DNA of 64,000 nt from a virus (taxonomy: Duplodnaviria > Caudoviricetes), in the IMG/VR virus record IMGVR_UViG_3300048672_000970, positions 64,001 through 128,000 of that record. One strand, written 5' to 3'. Numbering within the stretch: position 1 is the first letter of the stretch; every line of letters starts with the position of its first letter. The notes beneath the pieces are model-generated. The model had not been told where the DNA came from. It made no database searches and worked only from the letters and a program-made list of their open reading frames with translations. Positions 44,557 to 54,107 of this stretch are shown here, in pieces. A program made the position numbers and the translations under genes.

Positions 44557-45147
44557 TCATTCATACTTCTGTTTTTCTCGCATCACCTTTGCTGAATAGC
44601 GCGGATTCTTTCTTTTACCCGTCTTATAACTCGTGATACCGACGTTATACGCTTCCAGTGCAGCTTTCTCTGAGCCAAGCTGGCGATAATAATCTGCAAG
44701 CATTTGCGCACCGACTTTAATCTGATAGTCAATATCCGAGCCAATTTTCACCGCGTCCAAATCATTAACACCCGGTCGAATTTGCATCAATCCTAACGCC
44801 GGGTCGGATGCTAACTTTGATTTGGCCCGAGGGTTAAATTCTGATTCAACCCCAATCACAGCTAACAAATCTTCCGCTTTAGGAAAATCAGGTTTGGCAT
44901 GCCGTGATACCGATTTCATGATTTTGTCCACTAGACTAGGAGCGACATCATATGAATCAATGACAACTTGCTTCAAATTTTCTAACGCAGCTTTTTGCTG
45001 CTGCACCATTTTATGAACAGTATTCTGTTGCTGATGCATTTTCCCGCCATGCATCAATAATGCAGCGGCCGTCGCTACCGTCGCCACACCCGTTTTTAAC
45101 TTACCTTCCTCCAGGCGAGTTTGGTACAGTTCCTTGATGAGCTTCAT
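44557..45147 (-). CDS. Soluble lytic transglycosylase (SLT) domain protein
   Basis: AVIGVESEFNPRAKS (catalytic Glu), ALGLMQI, ALEAYNVG, YSAKV. Confidence 0.9.
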   Translation of the reverse strand: MKLIKELYQTRLEEGKLKTGVATVATAAALLMHGGKMHQQQNTVHKMVQQQKAALENLKQVVIDSYDVAPSLVDKIMKSVSRHAKPDFPKAEDLLAVIGVESEFNPRAKSKLASDPALGLMQIRPGVNDLDAVKIGSDIDYQIKVGAQMLADYYRQLGSEKAALEAYNVGITSYKTGKRKNPRYSAKVMREKQKYE

Positions 45148-45737
45148 ACCATTTCTTTAATGGATGCCAGCTTGCGGTCATACGACCGTCCCCATACCGT
45201 CATAGACCGCGTTAAACCGGCCAAAATAACTTTAACCTGCCCGAACACTTCTTTAAGACCTTCATCCAATTTGGTGACCCGTAACGCCGGTTCCTTCTTC
45301 GCCACTTGAACAATTTTCGTGTATTTGGCGACAATTTCTTCCACTTGCGGCTGAAGGTCATCTTCAATCAGTTCTGATAACGCCCGTGCAACTGCTTCCC
45401 AATCAGTATCAGATTTGGTACTAGCCTTTTCTACATTTTTAGCTACTGATGCGGAAAATCGAGCAGTTTCAACTACTCGGGTATATACTTCGTCGGTCGC
45501 GTCAAATAACTCAGTTACTTTCACTCGCACATCGGCGTGCAACGATTTTTGTAAGGATGAAAGCCGGTCAAGTAATGTCGAAATTTTGTTATACTTGGCA
45601 AGCATTTTAGTGATGCTGGTTGCCGTAGAACCTTCGGCGGCGAGAGTAACTTTATCAATAGCACCTTTAGCTATCTTTTCAGTATATTTCGCACCAGGGA
45701 TACGCGCTTCAGAGAGTAGTTGTTGAATGAGAATCAT
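45144..45737 (-). CDS. Hypothetical late protein, putative virion internal protein
   Basis: TAAATA (minus) at 45763; MILIQQLLSE. Confidence 0.7.
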   Translation of the reverse strand: MILIQQLLSEARIPGAKYTEKIAKGAIDKVTLAAEGSTATSITKMLAKYNKISTLLDRLSSLQKSLHADVRVKVTELFDATDEVYTRVVETARFSASVAKNVEKASTKSDTDWEAVARALSELIEDDLQPQVEEIVAKYTKIVQVAKKEPALRVTKLDEGLKEVFGQVKVILAGLTRSMTVWGRSYDRKLASIKEMV

Positions 45738-45775
45738 CTTATGGTAGAATTGTTGCAAACAGTATTTATCAAAAA

Positions 45776-46300
45776 ATGCGGGAAATGATTTTAGCTATTG
45801 ATAGAAGTAACGCGATTGGCTATCATGATGGCAGATTGGCATGGCGAATCAAAGCGGACATGCAACATTTCAAACAGAACACGATGGGTAAAACAGTCGT
45901 CATGGGGCACAAGACATTTGTAAGTCTTTGTAACAAGACTGGACTTCCGGGTCGAACTAACGTAGTATTGAGTTCAAGAAATCGAGAAGAACTTCAGCTA
46001 GACCAGGCGGTTGAGTTGATTCATTCGATACGAGACATTCCTGAAAATTGCGTTATCATTGGCGGCGCTTCGTTATACGACCAAGTGCTAGATGCGAAAA
46101 TAATAGATGTAATAAATGTAACATTGATAGGAGAGTCATCGAATGCTGATGTAAAATTGACCCATCAACTAGGAACACTAGATGTGTTCCTCAAAAGTCA
46201 GGCAGAATCTGGCGTTCAATGGCAAGTGACCAATTCCGAATCAGTCAAGATGACTGATTCTCATCCAAGTTTTAAGTTTGTTAATCTTAGGCGTATTTGA
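45776..46300 (+). CDS. folA: Dihydrofolate reductase
   Basis: AIG..G.LAW.IKADMQHFK..TMGKTVVMGHKTF.SL..LPGRTNVVLS..IIGGASLY. Confidence 0.93.
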   Translation: MREMILAIDRSNAIGYHDGRLAWRIKADMQHFKQNTMGKTVVMGHKTFVSLCNKTGLPGRTNVVLSSRNREELQLDQAVELIHSIRDIPENCVIIGGASLYDQVLDAKIIDVINVTLIGESSNADVKLTHQLGTLDVFLKSQAESGVQWQVTNSESVKMTDSHPSFKFVNLRRI

Positions 46301-46348
46301 AGCAGACGGGTACGTTCTATTTTTTATCTCTGCGTGAAAGGAAACCCA

Positions 46349-48304
46349 ATGAGTCTCCCCATGAGTATTACCGCCCTGGCCGCCCGCGTTGCGGAAAAGT
46401 ATGAAACCGTTGCGCTGTCTGTCGAGCAATGGTACGAACAAGCGGCTTCCGCGCCGGATATGTATGCTGGGGTTCATGCCCGGCTCCTGAAGGCAATTGG
46501 TGATCCAATCATCATTGACACGAAGGCAGACGCGCGGCTAAGTCGCATTTTCTCGGGTCGCAAGATCCGGGTTTATGAGCCGTTCAAGGATTTCTTCGGC
46601 ATCGAAGAAACGATTGATGAAATTATCAGCAAGCTGCGCGCTGGCGCGCAAAATCAAGAACCGGCTCGCCAAGTTCTTGACCTTGTTGGCCCGGTTGGTT
46701 CGGCAAAGTCTTCACTGGCTCGCCGTCTCGTCAGCCTAATTGAAAAGGAACCAATCTGGGTGGTAGCTACCGCGAAGGGTGACGTTAGCCCCGTTAATGA
46801 CAATCCGCTGGCGTTCCTGCGACTGCTAGGCGATGCTGAATCACTGTGCAAGGATTTTAACATTCCTGTCTCGGTCATGTCAAAGGTTTTCCCGTCGCCG
46901 TGGCTTGTTCAGCAATTCAAGGATGCTAAGTCTGACCTGACCAAGTTCCAAATTCGCAAGGTTTATCCGAGCGTGCTGGAGTCGATTGCAGTTGCTCGCA
47001 TCGAACCGGGTGATGAAAACAATCAGGATATTTCCACGATTGTTGGTAAGACTGACCTTCGCTCGCTGGAAAAGTATCCTCAAGAGCACCCGTATTCGTA
47101 CAGCTATTCGGGCGGTCTGTGCCGCGCCAACCGGGGCGTCGCTGAATTTGTCGAAATCTTCAAGGCACCGACGAAGGCTCTGCATCCCATTCTGACCGCA
47201 ACTCAGGAGTACATTTATAACGGCACTGAAAACATTGGCGCCCTTCCTTTCGATGGCCTGATTATCGCCCACCACAATTCGAGTGAATGGGACGAATTCC
47301 GCACCAATCCGAAGAATGAAGCATTCCTCGACCGACTGTGTGTTGTTCAAGTACCGTACACGCTTCGTCACGCTGAAGAAGCCGCCATCTACAAGAAGAT
47401 GATTGACCAGAGCACCACGCCAAATGTGCCGATTGCTCCGGGTACGATTGAAATGCTGGCAAAGTGGAGTGTTCTTTCTCGCCTGTCGGCTCCGGCTAAT
47501 TCGTCCATCATTGCCAAGCTGCATGTCTATAACGGCGAAAACGTCAAGGATCGTATGCCGACTGCCAAGCCGATTGGCGAATACCGAGACGCCGCCGGCC
47601 TGCATGAAGGTATGACGGGGATGTCTACCCGGTTCGCGTTCAAGGTGCTGGCAGATACGTTTGACCTTCGTCCGGAAGAAATGCAAGCGAATCCGGTTGA
47701 CCTGATGTTTGTCCTGCAAGAAGCCATTAAGAAGGATTCAACGCTGGCTGACGCTCGACGGGAAGAACTGCTCAACTTCATTGAAAGCCACCTGAAAGTT
47801 GAGTATTTCGAGCTGCTGGATAAGCAACTGCGCGAAGCGTACATGGAAAGTTTTGGCGCCTATGGGCAAAATATGTTCGACCGATACGTCAGTCTGGCCG
47901 CCGCGTGGATTGATGCTGAAGTCATTCGAGATCCTGAGACTCACATGACTCTCGACCGACAAGCCATTAACGGCAAGCTTGAAGAAATTGAAAGGCCAGC
48001 CGGTGTTATGAATGTTAGTGATTTCCGCCATAACATCGTGACCTATGTGCTCCGGTATCAGGCGCGTAATGCCGGTGCGTCACCGCGTTGGCAGGATTAT
48101 GAGAAGATCAAGACGGTCATTGAAAAGAAGCTGTTCACCGGCACGCAAAACATTCTGCCGGTCATTTCGTTCGGCACGAAGCAAGATTCTGAAATTGAAT
48201 CGAAGCATCATGCATTCGTTGACCGAATGATTGCAATGGGGTACACCAAGCACCAGATTGAAATTCTGGTTGCATGGTGGAGTGCCAATACAAAGGCAGC
48301 CTAA
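46349..48304 (+). CDS. prkA: PrkA/YeaG-family AAA+ serine kinase
   Basis: FFGIEETI, LVGPVGSAKSSLA, YSYSGGLCRANRG..EFVEIFKAP...LHPILTATQE, EAFLDR, GMSTRFAFK. Confidence 0.95.
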   Translation: MSLPMSITALAARVAEKYETVALSVEQWYEQAASAPDMYAGVHARLLKAIGDPIIIDTKADARLSRIFSGRKIRVYEPFKDFFGIEETIDEIISKLRAGAQNQEPARQVLDLVGPVGSAKSSLARRLVSLIEKEPIWVVATAKGDVSPVNDNPLAFLRLLGDAESLCKDFNIPVSVMSKVFPSPWLVQQFKDAKSDLTKFQIRKVYPSVLESIAVARIEPGDENNQDISTIVGKTDLRSLEKYPQEHPYSYSYSGGLCRANRGVAEFVEIFKAPTKALHPILTATQEYIYNGTENIGALPFDGLIIAHHNSSEWDEFRTNPKNEAFLDRLCVVQVPYTLRHAEEAAIYKKMIDQSTTPNVPIAPGTIEMLAKWSVLSRLSAPANSSIIAKLHVYNGENVKDRMPTAKPIGEYRDAAGLHEGMTGMSTRFAFKVLADTFDLRPEEMQANPVDLMFVLQEAIKKDSTLADARREELLNFIESHLKVEYFELLDKQLREAYMESFGAYGQNMFDRYVSLAAAWIDAEVIRDPETHMTLDRQAINGKLEEIERPAGVMNVSDFRHNIVTYVLRYQARNAGASPRWQDYEKIKTVIEKKLFTGTQNILPVISFGTKQDSEIESKHHAFVDRMIAMGYTKHQIEILVAWWSANTKAA

Positions 48305-48307
48305 ATC

Positions 48308-48329
48308 AAAGGGGCTTCAGCCCCTTTTT
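48308..48329 (+). terminator. Rho-independent terminator after prkA
   Basis: GGGGC-ttca-GCCCC-TTTTT. Confidence 0.8.
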
Positions 48330-48345
48330 CTTTACAGGAAAAGTT

Positions 48346-49695
48346 ATGAATAAAATGTCTGCATATGTCATCGGAGCCGGCGTGATTGGCATTAACACCG
48401 CTCACCGACTCGCTGCCGATGGTTTTAACGTTACTGTTTTCGATTCGGAACATGATGTCGCCCTTGACACTTCTTATAGAAATGGCGGCCAGCTTTCTGT
48501 CGGCCATTGTGTTCCGTGGAGTAATCCATCTGCGCCTGCTAAAGTCCTTAAGTGGCTCTTTCAAAAAGATGCACCCCTCCTTTTCACGCCACGTTTTTCT
48601 GTTAAGCAACTGAAATGGATTGCCAATTTCTTCCGGCAATGTACTCGGTCTAATACCGATTTCAATACCGAATCCCTTATCAATCTTGGCATGCTGTCAC
48701 GAGATGCGATGCAAAATCTTCAAGCGGCATATCCTGAAGTTCTAGCTAATGAAAAATTTAGCAAACTGGACAACGGTATTATCCATTTCTATCGCAATGA
48801 AAAAGAATACAATGATGCGGTTAGGGATGTTATCTTCATGAATGGATGTGACCTTGAACGAAAACTGATTTCCAGAGAGAAAGTTTTTGAACTTGAGCCT
48901 AGTTTGCAAATGAATGAAAACATTATCGGCGGCACATATACTCCTGGTGATGCGTCGTGCGATGTCCATCAGTTCACAAAAGCTATTGCATCCATTACCG
49001 AGTTTCCAAATTCCGGTGGGTCAATCAGATATAAACTCCGGCATTACGTTCGTGAGCTGGTCTGTGATGAAGATAGTGGTCGAATTGTTTCTTTAACCGT
49101 GTATGACGAAGACAACGATGGTATCGTTCATTTTGCCGATAATCCGGATGTCGTTGTAGTTGCAGCGGCCAATTCGACATATGATTTGGTTAAGCCGTTA
49201 GGTATCAATCTGACCATGTATCCGGCCAAGGGGTATTCAGCTACTATCAAACTTCACCCTGATGAACTTGATAAAGCCCCTTACGTCAGTTTGACCGATG
49301 ATGAAAACAAACTAGTGTTTTCTCGTCTAGGCGATACTTTGCGAGTTGCGGGCACAGCCCATCTGACAGACGAGCCGACATGGATGTTGGACATGGTTCG
49401 GTGCAATTCTCTGATTGAAAAAACTAGAAGCATCTTTGACATTCGAGCCGATGAGTATGAATTCTGGTCGGGTGCTAGACCGCTAACACCTAGTAACAGA
49501 CCTTACATCTGTTCAACTGACTATGAAAATCTGTTTCTGAACACCGGGCATGGGTCACTTGGCCTTACAATGTCAGCAGGTTCAGCAGAATTACTTTCTT
49601 ACATTATTGCCAATAGCCTTTACGGCGTAAGTATGCTACAGTGTGATGAAATGGATGCTATGGTGAAAGCTTTCTCCCTGGACATCGCCCATTGA
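48346..49695 (+). CDS. dadA: D-amino acid dehydrogenase (FAD-dependent)
   Basis: VIGAGVIG Rossmann, TSYRNGGQLS...PW, YPAKGYS, FSRLGDTLRVAG, W.G.RPLTP, LFLNTGHGSLGLTMSAGSA. Confidence 0.9.
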   Translation: MNKMSAYVIGAGVIGINTAHRLAADGFNVTVFDSEHDVALDTSYRNGGQLSVGHCVPWSNPSAPAKVLKWLFQKDAPLLFTPRFSVKQLKWIANFFRQCTRSNTDFNTESLINLGMLSRDAMQNLQAAYPEVLANEKFSKLDNGIIHFYRNEKEYNDAVRDVIFMNGCDLERKLISREKVFELEPSLQMNENIIGGTYTPGDASCDVHQFTKAIASITEFPNSGGSIRYKLRHYVRELVCDEDSGRIVSLTVYDEDNDGIVHFADNPDVVVVAAANSTYDLVKPLGINLTMYPAKGYSATIKLHPDELDKAPYVSLTDDENKLVFSRLGDTLRVAGTAHLTDEPTWMLDMVRCNSLIEKTRSIFDIRADEYEFWSGARPLTPSNRPYICSTDYENLFLNTGHGSLGLTMSAGSAELLSYIIANSLYGVSMLQCDEMDAMVKAFSLDIAH

Positions 49696-49739
49696 ACCGA
49701 CGACCCGCTTCGCGGGTCTATTACACGAAAGGAATTGAA

Positions 49740-51056
49740 ATGAGTGTGCAACCTTCGCAACCTTCGCTAATTTTCATCGACCGAACCAAGACTGGTCGCG
49801 GTAGTTCGGCCGCCAATCGAGACAAGTATCTGAAGCGCATTAAGGCATCAGTAAAGGCTGCGCGAAATATTGCCCTCGGCGGGCTGACATCTGACACGAA
49901 GCAAACGGTCAATCCGATCACCGTCGCCCGGCAAAAGCTTAATGAACCGTCTTTCCATTATGACCATTCAACGGGCGTCATTACGAACGTTTTGATTGGC
50001 AACCAAATTTTTGAACGAGGTGATGAAATTCCCATGAAGAATTCGTCGGAAGGGCAAGGGGACGGTTCGGGAAATGGTGCTGGCAATGGTGGCAATGGCG
50101 AAGATGATTTCATCGTGCATGTCACGAAAGATGAATTTCTCAATATCTTCTTTGAAGATTGTGAGCTGCCGAACATGCAGCATAACTCAAAGAAGCAATT
50201 GAAGCTGCCAACCTTCCACAAAGCCGGGTATCGAACGTCCGGCAGTCCGGCCACTCTGTCTGTTATCAAGAGCTTCAAAAACTCTCTCGGACGCAGAATT
50301 GCCATCAAGGGGTCTTTCCAGTCGCGGATTGATGAACTGACCGAACAAGATAACGTCCTTGCCGAACTGATTCAAAGCCAGGATATTGAACTTGAACGAG
50401 CTTGTATCAAGGAAGAAATTACTGAACTGACTTCCCGAAAAGGCAAAGTCATGTTTTTTGACGACATGGATTTGCGGTATCGGAAAATGGAGCAAGAGAC
50501 GAAACGAACGGCTGATGCTATTTTCGTGATGATCATGGACGTTTCCGGGTCGATGGATCAGGAACGCAAAACGATGGCACGCAAGTTTTTCAGTCTGCAA
50601 TACGCTTTCCTGAAGCGACATTATCCTGACACTCAACTGGTCTTCATTGCTCATACTGAAACTGCTGAAGAAATGGATGAGGATGAATTTTTCTCCACTC
50701 GCATTTCTGGTGGCACGGTCGTTTCCCCTGCATACGAACTGGCTCTGGAAATCATTCAGGAACGATTTGATGCAAATGTTTCAAATATCTACTTGTCACA
50801 AGCGAGTGATGGTGATAACATGGAGTCTGACAATGCGAATCTAATTCCGGCTCTGGAACAGTCGGGACTTCTGAGCAAGATTCGGCACATGAGTTACATT
50901 CAAACGTGCCCGAAATCTCAATGGCATTATTCGCATGGGATGTGGGACGTACTGCAAAGTATCGCCCACACCCATCCGGAAAAGTTTGGTATGCAGCAAA
51001 TCACATCTGATGCAGAAGTGTTCGACGCATTCAAGGCAATTTATCACAAGCAATGA
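49740..51056 (+). CDS. yeaH: YeaH/YhbH (DUF444) vWA-domain protein
   Basis: IDR..S.ANR..YLKR, FEDCELPN, F.DDMDLRYR, MDVSGSM, FIAHT..AEE.DEDEFF, GGT.VS, Q.SDGDN. Confidence 0.93.
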   Translation: MSVQPSQPSLIFIDRTKTGRGSSAANRDKYLKRIKASVKAARNIALGGLTSDTKQTVNPITVARQKLNEPSFHYDHSTGVITNVLIGNQIFERGDEIPMKNSSEGQGDGSGNGAGNGGNGEDDFIVHVTKDEFLNIFFEDCELPNMQHNSKKQLKLPTFHKAGYRTSGSPATLSVIKSFKNSLGRRIAIKGSFQSRIDELTEQDNVLAELIQSQDIELERACIKEEITELTSRKGKVMFFDDMDLRYRKMEQETKRTADAIFVMIMDVSGSMDQERKTMARKFFSLQYAFLKRHYPDTQLVFIAHTETAEEMDEDEFFSTRISGGTVVSPAYELALEIIQERFDANVSNIYLSQASDGDNMESDNANLIPALEQSGLLSKIRHMSYIQTCPKSQWHYSHGMWDVLQSIAHTHPEKFGMQQITSDAEVFDAFKAIYHKQ

Positions 51057-51064
51057 AAGGATTG

Positions 51065-52576
51065 ATGATGGAGCAAATTACTAGCAAGACCGTCTGGTCT
51101 GAACAGCTCATTCGAGCTGTTTGGGAAGAAATTAAAATCGTTGCAGAAGAAGAACTGGAAATTAGTTTTCCGGAGCATCTGTACCCATTTCAAATCGAGA
51201 TGATTACGGCTGATTCAATGATTAATGCCTATGCGAGTATTGGCATGCCCATCATGTACTCACACTGGAGTTTTGGTAAGGAATATATGCGCAATAAGCA
51301 CGCATATGACAACGGGCAGTCGGGGCTAGCTCTAGAGCTGATCACAAACGATTCCCCGTGTTCCACAATGCTGATGGAAGATAACGCCATGTACCAACAG
51401 GCGATGGTCATTGCGCATTGTGTCGGTCATAACAGCTTTTTCAAGTGCAATGATTATTTCGTCCAATGGACTAACGCCGGTTCCATCATTGATTACCTAG
51501 CGTTTGCCAAGCGGTACATCACGCAATGTGAACTGCGGTACGGTGAAGAAGAAGTTGAACGGGTACTTGATGCCGCGCATTCTCTAGCTCAACATGGTGT
51601 TGACAAGCATCCCCGCAAGTCGGCCCGAAAGATGACTGAATCTCAGTACCTGCAAATGCTTGTTGAAAAAGAAGAACGTGAGATGCAGGAATCGGACTAT
51701 ATCCTGAACCGGACGAAGCTGAAATCATCTGACAAGGATGAACCGAGTCCAGATTGGATGGATGAAACTTATGACCCGCTCGTCGGGGAAGAAAACCTGC
51801 TTTATTACATCATGAAGCGGGCGCCCAACATGCCGACCTGGAAACGTGAAATTCTGCGTATCGTCTGGAAGATTAACCAATATTTCTATATTCAGGGGCA
51901 GACGAAGATTAGCAATGAAGGGTGGGCCAGTTTCTGCCACTATTTCATCATGACTCGACTTGAAGAAAAGGGCGTTATTAGCAGTGATGCGTTCCTCGCT
52001 TTCCTGCGCGACCATTCGGGTGTTATTTTCCAACCGACGTTTGACAAGCAGTATTATTCCGGCGTGAATCCTTACGCAGTGGGTTTTGCCATCTATCAAG
52101 ACATCAAGCGGATTTGCGAAAATCCAACTAATGAAGATAAGAAATTTATGCCGCATCTCATTGGGCAGAAATGGCAAGATGCTGTTACGCGGGCCGCTTT
52201 TGAATATCGTGATGACAGTTTCATCATGCAATTCATGTCTCCGAAAGTGGCGCGGGATTTGGCGCTGTTTTCAGTAGAAATTAGTACCAAGCAAAATGTC
52301 CTTGGGCAGAAAAAGCAAACTGCTCTGGTAACGGACGTCGCCGATTTGGACGGGTTTCGCAACCTGCGCAATATGATGGCTGAGAATACTCAACGGATTG
52401 AGCACGTGCCTGAAATCAGGGTTAGTGGTGCTGATTTTGAGGGCGATCGAACGCTGGTGCTGCACTATCATCCGTACAAAAATCGAGAACTGGACGTTGA
52501 AGATACGCAAGCAGTCATTTCGTACATTGATGAACTGTGGGGATATCCGGTTGAACTTTACACGGTGACGGGTTAA
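51065..52576 (+). CDS. spoVR: SpoVR/YcgB family protein
   Basis: YASIGMP.MYSHWSFGK, LELITN, VIAHC.GHNSFFK.N, NEGWASFCHY, NPYA.GF, RDDSFI.QF. Confidence 0.95.
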   Translation: MMEQITSKTVWSEQLIRAVWEEIKIVAEEELEISFPEHLYPFQIEMITADSMINAYASIGMPIMYSHWSFGKEYMRNKHAYDNGQSGLALELITNDSPCSTMLMEDNAMYQQAMVIAHCVGHNSFFKCNDYFVQWTNAGSIIDYLAFAKRYITQCELRYGEEEVERVLDAAHSLAQHGVDKHPRKSARKMTESQYLQMLVEKEEREMQESDYILNRTKLKSSDKDEPSPDWMDETYDPLVGEENLLYYIMKRAPNMPTWKREILRIVWKINQYFYIQGQTKISNEGWASFCHYFIMTRLEEKGVISSDAFLAFLRDHSGVIFQPTFDKQYYSGVNPYAVGFAIYQDIKRICENPTNEDKKFMPHLIGQKWQDAVTRAAFEYRDDSFIMQFMSPKVARDLALFSVEISTKQNVLGQKKQTALVTDVADLDGFRNLRNMMAENTQRIEHVPEIRVSGADFEGDRTLVLHYHPYKNRELDVEDTQAVISYIDELWGYPVELYTVTG

Positions 52577-52577
52577 A

Positions 52578-52808
52578 ATGAGCAAGCATGATCTGATGAA
52601 CGCCTGTTTGAGCATGATGGGCGTCTCTCATGTGTCAATGCTTGCACCCTGTTTTAATTTGGCGAGCGACTTTATCAAAACACGCGTAGATGCGGATAAT
52701 TTGGTCGAGGCGCTTTCCAAGATGCAGGAACGTGATCTACAATCTGTCTTCCAACTTCTCACTTTGAAAGGTAATCATGAACAAGTTTTTTCAATCCCTC
52801 AACTATAA
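52578..52808 (+). CDS. Hypothetical protein
   Basis: Abuts spoVR stop. Confidence 0.55.
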   Translation: MSKHDLMNACLSMMGVSHVSMLAPCFNLASDFIKTRVDADNLVEALSKMQERDLQSVFQLLTLKGNHEQVFSIPQL

Positions 52809-53160
52809 ACTGTTTGCGATGGCTGTCGCAGTTGGCACAATGATGTATTTCCTGCAAGATGCCGGGAAAGCCATTCAGCTTTGGGCCTGTGTATATTTTG
52901 CCGTAGCCTGCATGTTCATGATGGAACTGCTTATGTTTCAATACACCAATAACACCCTTGGCCTGAAAACCATGCTTGATAAACTTCCAAAGTTGAATTT
53001 CTGGGGAACCACTCGCACTACTGGTGATTTGGCATGGCTGGTCGTCTCGGCCGTTATTCTTCTTTCTCCAATTGGTACAGTTTTCGTCCTGTTCCCGATT
53101 GCCATCGTGTGTGCAGTAACCGGGCAAAGTGCAGAAGAACTTATCGGATTCATCAAGTGA
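52777..53160 (+). CDS. Membrane protein
   Basis: AAGG SD; 3 hydrophobic segments. Confidence 0.6.
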   Translation: MNKFFQSLNYKLFAMAVAVGTMMYFLQDAGKAIQLWACVYFAVACMFMMELLMFQYTNNTLGLKTMLDKLPKLNFWGTTRTTGDLAWLVVSAVILLSPIGTVFVLFPIAIVCAVTGQSAEELIGFIK

Positions 53161-53185
53161 AAAAGCCGGGCATTGCCCGGCTTTT
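53161..53185 (+). terminator. Rho-independent terminator
   Basis: GCCGGGC-att-GCCCGGC-TTTT. Confidence 0.88.
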
Positions 53186-53227
53186 CTTTTTCCTGATTGG
53201 AGTAAATAGATGAAACCAACATACATA

Positions 53228-53560
53228 ATGGCTAAATTCAAAGATTTTCTTGCGTCGGTGAATGCCGATTTGAAGAAGTACAAAGTCATCCCGGTCAATA
53301 AATCAGCATTCAAGCCGGCTGCTCCACTCGACCAGTTTTCGTCAGATTCTGAAATCGAGCATCGAATCAAAGAGGTGAAAAAACAAATTGCTGCGCTGGA
53401 ACGAGCACATACTGATTTCCATAATTTAGTGTCACCAACCCCTGAGCAAGCTAAAAAGTATCGCAAGACCATTGAACACTGGCCCGCCCTCAACTTTGAA
53501 TTAGAGCGCCTAGAAGCCGATTTGCATGGTAAGGTGCCAGACACCATCAAGAAGGGTTGA
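53228..53560 (+). CDS. Hypothetical late protein
   Basis: TAAATA at 53203; MAKFKDFLAS. Confidence 0.65.
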   Translation: MAKFKDFLASVNADLKKYKVIPVNKSAFKPAAPLDQFSSDSEIEHRIKEVKKQIAALERAHTDFHNLVSPTPEQAKKYRKTIEHWPALNFELERLEADLHGKVPDTIKKG

Positions 53561-53569
53561 AAAGCGCGT

Positions 53570-54106
53570 ATGGGCCGTTTTAGAGCGTTTCTGATTGAGG
53601 CTAATGAGTTGACTTTCAGTGATGAAACCACCGGATATCATCATGGGCAAACTGATGCTCGCCTGCACATTGCTGTTAATGGTGAAGCAGTTGGGTATAT
53701 CGACTATGTTATCTATGAGGACAAAATTCATATCTCAATGATTGAGATTTCTGCCTCAGCTAAACGTAAGGGGTATGCGACGGCCGCATTAAAGCATCTT
53801 CAAAAAAATAATCCTGATACTGAGATTGATTTTGGCATGCTAACCTCTGATGGGTCAGCTTTACATCAATCATTGTCATTTGTTAAAGTCCCTAACAAAC
53901 TTTATGCTGAAGACTTTGAAAAGTTAGACCAGATGAAACTTGACCGGGAACGGTTGACCCAGCAGCAAAAGGTATTATCTAAAAAAGATGATAAGTATTG
54001 GGAGCTTGAAAACGAGATTGATGACCTAGCGTATGAAATCGAGAAAGAAGAAACTTATTTCTCAATTCGCAAAATCAAACCGTATAAAACATTAATTAAG
54101 GTGTAA
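53570..54106 (+). CDS. GNAT-like acetyltransferase, putative virion internal protein
   Basis: VGYIDY..IHISMIEI...KRKGYATAAL (motif A); MGRFRAFLIE. Confidence 0.7.
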   Translation: MGRFRAFLIEANELTFSDETTGYHHGQTDARLHIAVNGEAVGYIDYVIYEDKIHISMIEISASAKRKGYATAALKHLQKNNPDTEIDFGMLTSDGSALHQSLSFVKVPNKLYAEDFEKLDQMKLDRERLTQQQKVLSKKDDKYWELENEIDDLAYEIEKEETYFSIRKIKPYKTLIKV

Positions 54107-54107
54107 C

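Noticed and set aside
46880-47719. 279-aa minus-strand ORF (and similar ones at 26361-27008, 29589-30218, 52759-53631, 5371-5973)
   Set aside because: Antisense shadows of well-supported plus-strand genes; 52759-53631 also crosses a terminator.
41590-53185. Recurrent GCCGGGC-nnn-GCCCGGC palindromes (41590, 44531, 53161) as REP or MITE elements
   Set aside because: Each sits immediately after a stop codon with A/T tails, fully explained as intrinsic terminators.
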